Origin: an uncultured Thermoleophilia bacterium
GTDB taxonomy: Bacteria; Actinomycetota; Thermoleophilia; UBA2241
Reading direction: 5' to 3'
DNA length: 56,413 nt
Assembly: GCA_963848545.1 (NCBI GenBank)
Contig: CAWKEZ010000037.1
Location: forward strand, 1-56,413
The notes under the pieces are model-generated. The model was not told the origin of the DNA and made no database searches. It saw nothing but the letters and a program-made list of their open reading frames with translations. Position 1 is the stretch's first letter; each line of letters opens with the position of its first letter. Of the stretch, positions 29,159 through 38,392 are shown piece after piece. Made by a program: the position numbers and the translations under genes.

Positions 29159-30103
29159 TCAGGCCGCCTTGCGGATACGCGGGTTAAGCAGAGCCACCAC
29201 GATGTCGGCGGTCAGGTTGGAGATCATGTAGATCACCGCGATGACGAGCACGCAGGCCTCGAGCAGAGGCTGGTCGTGGTTGAGCGCCGCATTGACCGAG
29301 TAGTTGCCGATACCGGGGTACGTGAATAGCGTCTCGACCACCACGAGACCGCCGATCAGCCAGCCGATCTGGCTGCCGATCACCGTGACGGTGGGCACGA
29401 GGCAGTTGCGCAGCACGTGGCTGAAGACGACGCGACGCATCGGCAGACCTTTGAGGATCGCCGTGCGGATGTACGGCATGTTGAGCACTTGCACGGTACC
29501 CACGCGAGCCATGCGCGCGATGTAGCCGAGCTCGATGAGCATGAGCGGGATGGCCGGTAAGATGAGGTAGTAGAAGCGGTCGATGAACGGCCCGCCCGCC
29601 GGCATGGCGTACGACGGTAACCAGTGCAGCGTGACCGAGAAGATCACGATGAGGATGACGCCGCTCACGAACTCGGGCATCACGGTCATCGACAGCGCGA
29701 AGATGGTGATCGCCCGGTCGGCGATGCTGTCGCGATGCAGACCGGCGAACACCCCCACGAAGATCGACGTGGGCACGATGATCACGAGCGCGAAGCCGGC
29801 CAGCAGAAGTGAGTTGGCGAGAGCGTGCCCCACGATGGAAGAGACCGGCAGGTTGTACTGGTACGACGCTGCCCCAGTGACCGGTGATGAAGTGGCCGGC
29901 CCATCGACGTAGCGCACGTAGATCGGCTTGTCGAGGCCCATCTTGCGGTCGAGCTGGTTGACAGCCGATTGCGTGGCGTAAGGACCCAGGATGACCCGCC
30001 CCAAGTCGCCGGGCAGCACCTCGGAGAGGGCGAACACCAGGATCGATACCAGGATCAGCGTCGGCACGATGAGCAACAGTCGACGACCGATGAAGCGTGC
30101 CAT
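29159..30103 (-). CDS. ABC transporter permease, DppB/OppB-like
   Basis: Intact 314-aa ORF. It begins MARFIGRRLLLIVPTLILVS and contains YIRTAILKGLPMRRVVFSHVLRNCLVP. Confidence 0.9.
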   Translation of the reverse strand: MARFIGRRLLLIVPTLILVSILVFALSEVLPGDLGRVILGPYATQSAVNQLDRKMGLDKPIYVRYVDGPATSSPVTGAASYQYNLPVSSIVGHALANSLLLAGFALVIIVPTSIFVGVFAGLHRDSIADRAITIFALSMTVMPEFVSGVILIVIFSVTLHWLPSYAMPAGGPFIDRFYYLILPAIPLMLIELGYIARMARVGTVQVLNMPYIRTAILKGLPMRRVVFSHVLRNCLVPTVTVIGSQIGWLIGGLVVVETLFTYPGIGNYSVNAALNHDQPLLEACVLVIAVIYMISNLTADIVVALLNPRIRKAA

Positions 30104-30112
30104 CCCGGGTCC

Positions 30113-31834
30113 CTACGTCAGTTTCTTTCTGTGATGGTCTGTAAGGCCGTTCCTTACTTCGTGATGTAGGCCATGGCTGACGTCGAAGTAGAACGAGCCC
30201 GGACCCTCGATGCCGTGCACGGTCTTCTTCTGGGTGCGCAGCTGCGAGATGAAGAACGCTACTACGATCGGCGTCTGCTCCTGCTGGATCGACGACAGCT
30301 TGGTGGCCAGCGTCTTGCGCGTCGCCACGTCGGCGGTCGACTCGTACGAGTTGAAGGTGTTGAGCGAAGGTCGGGTTGTTCCAGTGCGAGGAGCTCCAGG
30401 CGCTGGTCGGCAGCAGCATCGCCTGCCGCGAACTCGCCGGGCGTGGGCCGGCTGCCCCACTCGACGATGATCATCGGCGCGTTGAGCCACGGCGTGGTGG
30501 CGTTGCTGCCGGCGTAGATGGCGTCGTAGCTGATCTCGTTGAGCGTGACGTTGATGCCGGCGGGCTTGCACTGCGCCTGGATGAGCTGCGCGTACGGCGG
30601 GTTCTCGAGGTAGTTGGCCACGGTCAGCGTGACGTCGACACCGTTGGGATGACCGGCGGCGGCGAGCAGCGACTTGGCCTTGGCGTAATCCTGGGCACGG
30701 GTCGCCGGGGTGGGGCTGCCCGGGAACACCGTGGGCTCCCAGAAGGTGTCGTAGCCGAGGTTGCTGCGCCCGCCGTAGAGCGCCTGGTTGATGGCCGGAC
30801 GGTCGAGGCAGTAAGCCACCGCCTGGCGCACCCGGTAGTCCTGCCAGGGGGCCTTGTTGACGTTGAAGGCGAGCTCGCGAATGCCGGTAGACGGATACAC
30901 GTCGACCCGCAGGTTGGGATCGCTCAGCACCGAGGCGCCGCCCTGGAAGACCGTCTGCGGCTGCACATCCACGGCCCCCGACTCGAGCTGCAGGTTGGCC
31001 GCCGAGGTGTCGGTGACGAAGGTGAAGTCGAGCTCGTCGAGGTAGGGAAGCTGACGCCCCTGGGTGTCTTTGCCCCAGTAGGTCGGGTTCTTGACCATGG
31101 AGCAGCGCTGGTTGGTGACGAAGCTCTTCATCATCCAGGGGCCGGTGCCCACGGCCTTGGCCTGGAAGTCGCCGCTGTAGTTGCGCGGCAGGATGGCGGT
31201 GTTGTAGTTCCCGGGGGCTCACCAGGTACGGGAAGTCGGCGAACGGCTTCTCGAGGTTGAACTCCACCGTATGCGTGTCGAGCGCCTTGGTGCCGCCCGC
31301 CGAGAGAATCCCGCCCAACTGGGACAGGGCGCCCGAGCCGCTCTTGGGGTTCAAGACGCGATCGAAGCTGGCCACCACGTCGGCCGCCTCGAAGGGGCTG
31401 CCGTCGTTGAACGTGACGCCCTGGCGCAGCTTGAAGGTCCACACATCGCCCTTGGTGTTGGGCGCCCAGCTCACCGCCAGCTTCGGCCTGAGGGCGTTCT
31501 GGTTGGTCAGGTCGACGAGGTACTCGGCGATCTGGTAGACGAGGACGATGCCGCCCTGGTCGTAGATCGTGACCGGGTCGAGGGTCTTGAGGGGCGGCGG
31601 GATGACTGCCTTCATGGTGCCGCCCAGCACTACCGCCGGCATACCGCTGGCGGTCGGCGAAGCGGAGGGCGACGTTGAGCTGCCGCCACAGGCGGCCAGC
31701 AACTGCCCGATGACGGTGGCCGAAAGGCCGAAGACCGAGGCGCGAATGAGCAGCTGGCGCCGCGTCATCCTGCCGTTCACCACCTGCTCGACCAGGTGCT
31801 GCCCGTACTCCCTTGCGTACTGCTCGTCAGCCAT
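30113..31834 (-). pseudogene. ABC transporter substrate-binding protein, family 5, Tat/lipoprotein signal (frame disrupted)
   Basis: The ATG at 31834 is preceded by GGGGGAG. The signal is RRQLLIRASVFGLSATVIGQLLAACGG. The body is split over the frames of ORFs 30113..31903, 30262..31152 and 29184..30419. Frame switches lie at the G5 run 31213..31217, near 30420 and near 30370, with a possible fourth near 30170 (alternative stop TAA at 30154). Confidence 0.85.
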
Positions 31835-31923
31835 ATCGCTTCTCCCCCTTGGTGAACGCCTGCGAAACGACACTAACCGTGACGGCGCCGGCCGGAGCCT
31901 CACGGTCCCAACACATTGCGGCC

Positions 31924-31952
31924 ACGATACACAGGCGCCGTCAAATTAGCAA
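31924..31952 (-). promoter_or_regulatory. candidate promoter of the solute-binding-protein/ABC/ygc-like array
   Basis: On the minus strand: TTGCTA (31947..31952), a 17-nt spacer, then TATCGT (31924..31929), about 90 nt upstream of ATG 31834. Hexamer match only. Confidence 0.3.
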
Positions 31953-32164
31953 GAGAAGATTGACCGGTTAGTTAGCAGTGAGGAGGCCATCAAGCACGGA
32001 ATAATTCTGTCTCGGGCCGCCGGATCAGCACGAAGACGCTATCTGGCGGCCAGCGCTAACATATGTGCGATTACGGGCTTCAGTGTTCAGAGCGCTCCGA
32101 CGACGGCCCGCCGCCGGGCTGAACCGGCACCGCATATGCTACCCTTGCATGGTCCGTCTGCAAG

Positions 32165-33004
32165 GTGTTCGGTGGATTCTCTTCTTCGTTGTCGCGGAGG
32201 GTAGTCAGGGTGGAGAAAAGGCGCCGCGCGCCGGCTCGGTCGAGCCCGCTGTACCTGTGGGTCGCGTCGCTGGTGCGCGACCAGATCGAGGCCGGGCACC
32301 TGGAGCCGCACGTCTCGATCCTGTCCGAACGCGCCCTCAGCGAGCGCTACCAGGTCAGCCGCATGACCGCCCGCCACGCCGTGGAGACCCTGACGCTCGA
32401 GGGCTACGTCTATCGCAGCCCTCGCAAAGGCACGTTCGTCGCCGAGCCCCGCCTGCGCTTCAGCGTGGGGAGCTTCACGCGCATCATGAGCGAGACGGAT
32501 CACCTGCCAGGTACCAGGGTCCTCTCGGCCGGCACGTTAGACCCCGACCCCCTCATCGCGAAGCTGCTCGACGTACCGCCCGGGGGCCAGGTGCACCTTC
32601 TGCAGCGCCTGCGCACGGCGAACGGCGAGCCCATCGCCATCGAGAACATCCACGTCTCGGCGGAGCGCTTTCCGGACCTCCTGGATCACGACCTCACCGG
32701 CTCGCTATGGGAGCTCCTGCGGGCCCGCTACGACGTCCACCCAATGAGAGCCGACGCCCGCGTCGTCGCCGTCACCCTCGACCGCTTCGAGGCAGAGACT
32801 CTCGGGGTGAGACCGGGGAGCCCGGCGATCGTCCTCACCCGTACCGTATTCGACGCCGACGACGAGATCGTGGAGCTGGCCCGCGACGTGTACCGCGGCG
32901 ACCGCACCGAGTTCTACGTGACCGCGCCGGTGGAGAGCATCCCGGCCGCGCTGGGCGAGCGGGCCGTCGCGTACCCGGGCGACGACCCGGCAGACGACGT
33001 CTGA
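32165..33004 (+). CDS. GntR family regulator, HutC subfamily (UTRA effector domain)
   Basis: Intact ORF. The winged HTH is PLYLWVASLVRDQIEAGHLEPHVSILSERALSERYQVSRMTARHAVETLTLEGYVYRSPRKGTFV. A UTRA-like C-terminus follows. The true start may lie downstream, for example GTG near 32207. Confidence 0.85.
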   Translation: MFGGFSSSLSRRVVRVEKRRRAPARSSPLYLWVASLVRDQIEAGHLEPHVSILSERALSERYQVSRMTARHAVETLTLEGYVYRSPRKGTFVAEPRLRFSVGSFTRIMSETDHLPGTRVLSAGTLDPDPLIAKLLDVPPGGQVHLLQRLRTANGEPIAIENIHVSAERFPDLLDHDLTGSLWELLRARYDVHPMRADARVVAVTLDRFEAETLGVRPGSPAIVLTRTVFDADDEIVELARDVYRGDRTEFYVTAPVESIPAALGERAVAYPGDDPADDV

Positions 33005-33020
33005 GCGCCGCCCGGCGCCC

Positions 33021-34379
33021 TCAGAAGAGACGCACCCCCTGCCTCTGCAGCGCCCGCTGCAGGCGAGGAATGTCTACCTGGGAACTGGTCGTGCCGTCCC
33101 TGAGCGAGACCGCGGCGGCCACGCCGGCGGCCTGCCCGGTGACCGCACAACACATCTGGTTGCGAGTCGCGCCGTGCGAAACTTTGTCGCCGGCCACGCA
33201 GCGCCCCGCGACGAGCAGGTTCTTCGACGCCACGCGGGACGAGGATCCCGTAGGGAACCTGGAAGTAGCGGCCCGTGGTCGGCAGGATCAGCACGCCGTA
33301 TCCGTCGATGAACTCCGGGAAGATGCCAATGGAATCGTCGAACCGGGCCTGGCTGCGCACGTCGTCGCCGGTCAGGGTGTAGCGGCCGCTGATCTTCCTC
33401 GAGTCGCGCGTGCCCAAGGTCATCCCGAAGTTCCGCAGCCGGGCATTCTCGAACCCCGGCAGGTAGCGTCGCAGCGCCTCGACGGCGAGCAGCGCCTGAG
33501 CCCTTCCGTCGATCTCCGCCCGCGTGAGGTCGCGCACCTCCGTGCAGTCCACGTTGGCCAGGCTGATCAGGTTGAGGCCCGTCGCCTGCCCGTCCTCGGA
33601 GACGCTGCTCCAGGTGCCGGCGATGCTCTTCATGCCGGTGGAATAACGCCGTCGCGACGCGCCTCCTCGAACGGCTTCTCCAGGTAAGGGCTGAAGAGCG
33701 CGTCCTCTTTGCCGCCGGTCGTCGTGCTCCAGCTCTTGCCCCAGTCGGCGTAGGTGGCGGGATTCTCCCGCACGTGAGTCATGAAGCGCCGCCGGTTCAC
33801 GCCGGAGCACGAGAACATGACGGTGACGCCCATCATCTCCGCGACGGGCGTCTTGCGGTAAGGAGCCCCCGCGCGCACGGCGATGTCGGCGTCGCCGCTG
33901 GCGTCGATGACGCGCGCCGCGAGGATCGCCTGGCGTCCGGACTTGCTCTCGGTGACCACCCCCCGAATGGTGCCACCGTCCATGATCGCGTCGACCGCCA
34001 GGCAGTGCAGCAGAGGCTCAACGCCCGCCTCTCGCACGAGCTCGTCGGCGACGCATTTGAAGAGCTCGGGATTGAGCGCCTCGCTCTCTGACTGAGGCTC
34101 GCGCTGCGTACCGCCCATGGCCTTCGCCCGGCGTTCGAACTCGAGCCCGATGCCCTCCACGTCAACCGTGCCTGCGTGGCGATACCAGGCGATGCTCTCG
34201 ACGCCCACCTGCGTGATGACGCCGCCGAAGCACCCGTAGCGGTCGACGAGCATGGTGGCGGCCCCTTCGCGGGCGGCGGCCACGGCGGCCGCCAAGCCGC
34301 CCGGGCCGCCGCCGACCACGAGCACGTCGGTCTCACCCAGCACAGGTGTGGTCTTGGGGCCCTCCACTATGTGTCGCAT
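33021..34379 (-). pseudogene. FAD-dependent oxidoreductase (GIDA/PF12831-like) (frame disrupted)
   Basis: The ATG at 34379 follows GGGAGG. The dinucleotide-binding motif is DVLVVGGGPGGLAAAVAAAREG. The protein is split over ORFs 33630..34484, 32914..33810 and 33021..33233. Frame switches lie near 33645 and 33235. Confidence 0.8.
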
Positions 34380-34449
34380 GTGACCTCCCATCGCCTTCCC
34401 TGCACCAAGCGCTTCAGACCTGCATTTGACAAAGCATAGCGCGAGGTCC

Positions 34450-34484
34450 ATGGTACATACCAGAAACCCGATGGTACATACCAT
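34450..34484. promoter_or_regulatory. two tandem palindromic operator-like sites (TGGTA-CA-TACCA)
   Basis: ATGGTACATACCA occurs at 34450..34462 and ATGGTACATACCAT at 34471..34484. The arms ATGGTA/TACCAT are inverted repeats. Centres are 21 bp apart. The sites lie 18-52 nt upstream of the glpD GTG (34502), in the 122-bp divergent intergenic region. Confidence 0.55.
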
Positions 34485-34501
34485 CGCCGTGGAGGTGGGA
34501 A

Positions 34502-36259
34502 GTGAAGCCGAACGTGCGAACCAGCGCCGCCCAAGAGAGCCGGCGCCGCTCGCTCTCCGATCTGGCCGGGCAAGTCTTCGACCTACTCGTTATCGGCGGT
34601 GGCGTGACCGGCGGCGGCGTGGCCCTCGACGCCGCCAGCCGCGGTCTCAGCGTGGCGCTCGTGGAGAAGCGCGACTTCGCCGCCGGCACATCCAGTCGCT
34701 CGAGCAAACTGATCCACGGTGGCCTGCGCTATCTCCAGAACCTCGACCTCGTGCTGGTGCGAGAGGCCCTTCACGAGCGCAAGGTACTCGCGCAGAAGAT
34801 CGCGCCGCACCTGGTTCATGCCATGCCTCTCCTCTTCCCCCTGAAGCACAAGGTCTGGGACCGTGTCTACATGGGCTCGGGGCTGCTTCTCTACGACGCG
34901 CTCGCCGGTCTGCACCCCGCCCTGCCGCGCCACCGGCACCTCTCGCGCGGGGCCTGCCTGCGGGCGGCGCCGGCTCTTCGCGAGGACGCCCTGACGGGCG
35001 GCATCCGCTACTACGACGCGCAGGTCGACGACGCCAGGTTCGCCCTGATGCTGGCGCGCACGGCCGCCGCCCACGGTGCGCTCTGCATCCCCGCCATCGA
35101 CGTCACGGCCATCCACCCTCGTGAGGCGGGAATCTCCAGGGTCGCCGCGCGCGACCTCGAGTCTGGCGACGACTTGTCCGTGCAGGCCAGGGTCATCGTC
35201 AATGCCACCGGCGTGTGGACCAACGAGGTGGAGCGACTGGCCGGCGCCACGCCTACCATGACGGTGCGACCCTCGAAGGGCGTACACGTCGTCGTGCCGC
35301 AGGCACGCATCACGTCCGAGTACGCGCTCATCCTGCCCACCGAGAAGAGCGTGCTGTTCGTCTTGCCGTGGGGCGAGCAATGGATCATTGGCACCACCGA
35401 CACGGACTGGCATTACGGCATGGATCACCCGGCCGCGACCCACCAGGACATCCAGTACCTGCTCGCGCACGTGAACAAGATTCTCCGAGACCCCTTGACG
35501 TTCGCCGACATCATCGCCGTGTACGCCGGCCTGCGTCCGCTGCTGGGCGGCACAAGTGCCGAGACGGCCAAGTTGTCGCGCCGGCACGCCGTCTGGCGCA
35601 GCGCGCCGGGGCTCGTGAGCGTCGCGGGCGGCAAGTACACCACCTACCGGTTGATGGCCAGCGACGCCGTCGACCTGGCGGCCCGTGAGCTGCCCTTCGC
35701 GGCCGACGCCAGCCGCACCGCCGACATCCCCCTGCTCGGCGCCGTCGGCCTGTCGGGCGCCGTGTCGAGAGCCGCCGGGCACCCGGGCGCCGCGCGCCTC
35801 TCGAGCGGGCAGGTGCACCATCTCGTGGCACGGTTCGGAACCCTGGCGCAGGAGGTTCTCGACCTGCTGGCGGCTGAGCCCGAGCTGGCCGAGCCGCTGG
35901 TGGGCGCCGAGCGTTACCTTGCCGCCGAAGTGCGCTACGCGGCCCTGCGCGAGAGCGCCTTGCATGTTGACGACGTGCTCACGCGACGCACCCACATCGC
36001 CTTCGAGACGCCCGACAGAGGGTACCGCGCGGCAGAGAGCGTGGCGCGCCTGATGGCTCCCGCGCTGGGTTGGGACGAGGCGGCCGTTGAGCGCGAGATC
36101 ACCCACTACCGAGCGCGCCTCACGGCGGAGCTCGCCGCGCAGGCGATGCTCGATGACGCCGCCTCGGACTCCGTCCGCTCGGTGGTGCGCGACCTGCGGC
36201 TGTCGGGCACGCCTCCCACCCCGACGGTGCACGCCGGGCCCCATCGGCGCGCCGTTTGA
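34502..36259 (+). CDS. glpD: FAD-dependent glycerol-3-phosphate dehydrogenase
   Basis: Intact 585-aa ORF. It has the DAO N-terminus DLLVIGGGVTGGGVALDAASRGLSVALVEKRDFAAGTSSRSSKLIHGGLRYL and a GlpD-type C-terminal domain. Confidence 0.9.
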   Translation: MKPNVRTSAAQESRRRSLSDLAGQVFDLLVIGGGVTGGGVALDAASRGLSVALVEKRDFAAGTSSRSSKLIHGGLRYLQNLDLVLVREALHERKVLAQKIAPHLVHAMPLLFPLKHKVWDRVYMGSGLLLYDALAGLHPALPRHRHLSRGACLRAAPALREDALTGGIRYYDAQVDDARFALMLARTAAAHGALCIPAIDVTAIHPREAGISRVAARDLESGDDLSVQARVIVNATGVWTNEVERLAGATPTMTVRPSKGVHVVVPQARITSEYALILPTEKSVLFVLPWGEQWIIGTTDTDWHYGMDHPAATHQDIQYLLAHVNKILRDPLTFADIIAVYAGLRPLLGGTSAETAKLSRRHAVWRSAPGLVSVAGGKYTTYRLMASDAVDLAARELPFAADASRTADIPLLGAVGLSGAVSRAAGHPGAARLSSGQVHHLVARFGTLAQEVLDLLAAEPELAEPLVGAERYLAAEVRYAALRESALHVDDVLTRRTHIAFETPDRGYRAAESVARLMAPALGWDEAAVEREITHYRARLTAELAAQAMLDDAASDSVRSVVRDLRLSGTPPTPTVHAGPHRRAV

Positions 36260-36410
36260 CCCGTCTGATAGGATGCCCATAATCAGCTAATCGACCGGTC
36301 AGTCAGTCACCCCTGGGGGCCACTGAGACAGGCGCTGCGGACTCGTTGAAAGCGAGTGAGCAGGGCGGCACAGTTCGGGGTACCGCTGATCGCCGGGAGG
36401 TGAAGGAATC

Positions 36411-37108
36411 GTGACGTCGGATGATCGCCCACAGGCGCCTGCCTGGGCGGCGACGTCGGCGCGCTCGGGCCGGGCGCGTGCGGCCTTCGAAGACCCCCTT
36501 CATCCTTGCCGGAGACAGCTCGCAAGCTGCTCATCGCCGGCAAGGAGATCGTGGCCGAGGAGGGCTTCGCAGCCCTCACGCTCAAGGCCGTCAGCGCACG
36601 CGCCGGCGAGAACAAGGCGATGGTCTCCTACTACTTTGACAACAAGGCCGGCCTCATCGCCGCTGTGCTGGACTCGGTGATCCACGACGAGTACGTTGCC
36701 TCAGTGGAACGCCTGCGAGGCGTCGCCCCCGGCGAGCGCCCCCAGAGCCTGGTGGAAGAGATGAGGCGCATGGACGCCGCCATGGAAGACTTTCAGGTGT
36801 TCTTCGAGCTCCTGCCGCACGTGCTGCGCGACGGCGTGCTGCGGCAGCGCTTCGCCACCTTGTACCGCTGGCATTGGAGCCTCAAGTTGGAGTGGCTGGG
36901 AGCCACCGACGGGTCGCGGGCGCTGGCCGACCCCGATCTGCTGGGCCTCGCTCAACTGCTCAGCGCCGTCACCGACGGGCTCGCCATTCAGGCTGCCGTC
37001 GACCCCGATCTCGACCTGGCGAACCCATATCGCGTTCTCGCCAGAATGCTTAAACGCACCCTCACGGTGCCCCTCGACGGCAGCGGACCGCCGCGCGGCT
37101 CCACCTGA
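36411..37108 (+). pseudogene. TetR/AcrR family regulator (probable frame switch at a C5 run)
   Basis: The HTH is ARKLLIAGKEIVAEEGFAALTLKAVSARAGENKAMVSYYF in ORF 36506..37108. The GTG at 36411 has a strong SD (GGGAGGTGA). Its frame joins the TetR frame if the C5 run at 36494..36498 gains one C. Alternatively the gene starts at TTG 36506. Confidence 0.7.
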
Positions 37109-37402
37109 TGATCACCTCGATCCGCTTCATCTCGCGCTCCTCCGCTCGCTGCTCTACCTCTTGGAGGCTTTAGAGCCTGTCCCGATAGGCTCTTAGCCGC
37201 GAGGCCCTTGACAGCGCCCCGCGTATCAGCAAAGGGCCGCTGTCGAGCGCGGACGGAAGTCGGCTAGTCAAACAAAAACGGTCCCGTTTGTCTCGATAGT
37301 CCTCCCGCCGGGGACATACCGAGCACCGGTCGGTTTCGGCCGAGGCCCAGGGAAGAGGTAGTTCGATGGCCCCTGGACCACGTTTCACAGGGAGGTTCCA
37401 GA

Positions 37403-38125
37403 ATGTCACGCACCGCATTGGTGTTTCCGGTGTTACCGGGCAAGGACGCGAGGGATATCGCCAACGAGTTGAAGTCCCGTCCGCGCGAGTACGAGCAGTC
37501 GCGCAGGCGCCTCGGAATCACTTTGGAAAGGGCGTACTTGCAGCACACCCCCATGGGGGACTACGTCATCGCCTACACCGAGGCCGAAGGCGACTGGCTG
37601 GAGAAGTTCGGCAAGCTGCCGTCGTCAGTTCTCGACATCGACCGCTACTTCGTGAAAGCCGCCAAGGAGATCCATGGCGCCGACCTGACGCAGCCCATGC
37701 CTGATCCCCTGCCTGAGACGGTGGCCGCATGGCTCGACCCGATGGCCAAGGGCCGGGGCCGGGGTATGGCCTTCTGCGCCCCGCTCGCCCCAGGCGAGAC
37801 TGAGAGGGCAAGGGCCTTCGTCGCCGACGCCTACCACCGGGACGAGTTCACGGCGTCACGCCGGAGGCTGAACGTGTCCGTCGAGCTGATCACCCTCCAC
37901 TCGACGCCGCAGGGTGACATCGTCGGCATTTACGTCGAAGGCGACGATCCCGTGAAGGGCAACGCCGGCTTCGCCGCATCCAAGGACCCCTTCGACCTGT
38001 GGTTCAAAGAACAGCTGACGAAGATCTTTCCATCGTCGATCGACTTCTCCAAGCCCGTCGAGGGTGTGGAGGAGATCTTCGACTCGACCCAGGTCGCTGA
38101 TTTAAGCTTGGGCAAAGCGGCCTGA
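37403..38125 (+). CDS. hypothetical protein with an internal tandem domain duplication
   Basis: Intact 240-aa ORF with SD GGGAGG 7 nt upstream. The two ~110-aa halves align: ALVFPVLPGKDARDIA...SRRRLGITLERAYLQHTPMGDYVIAYTEAEGD against AFCAPLAPGETERARA...SRRRLNVSVELITLHSTPQGDIVGIYVEGDD. I do not recognise a family with confidence. Confidence 0.6.
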   Translation: MSRTALVFPVLPGKDARDIANELKSRPREYEQSRRRLGITLERAYLQHTPMGDYVIAYTEAEGDWLEKFGKLPSSVLDIDRYFVKAAKEIHGADLTQPMPDPLPETVAAWLDPMAKGRGRGMAFCAPLAPGETERARAFVADAYHRDEFTASRRRLNVSVELITLHSTPQGDIVGIYVEGDDPVKGNAGFAASKDPFDLWFKEQLTKIFPSSIDFSKPVEGVEEIFDSTQVADLSLGKAA

Positions 38126-38392
38126 GGCAATCGCAGACAGCGGAGCCGGCGGCGCCGGCGGCGGGCGTCGCTTGGCCGTCGCCGGCGCCGCGGCTGCGAC
38201 CCGACCGGCTGACTCACCAGCGACTCGGCCCGCGCGACGGCCACGCGCGTCGCTCTTAGGGAACCCTCTGACCCCCCCGAGGCGCCGCAGCCGGCGCTGC
38301 CGGCGCTCAGTGCACTGGAAGCCGACGAGCTACAGACCAAGTGCCGTCCGCGGCGAGCGGCCCGCGCCCGTGGTGTACGCCCCGGCCGCGGG

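Noticed and set aside
38151-38189. A 10-bp GC inverted repeat (GGCGCCGGCG / CGCCGGCGCC) as a terminator between convergent genes.
   Set aside because: The arms are built from the self-complementary GGCGCC low-complexity motif that is abundant here. There is no U-tract and the loop is 19 nt. This is not distinguishable from chance in this composition.
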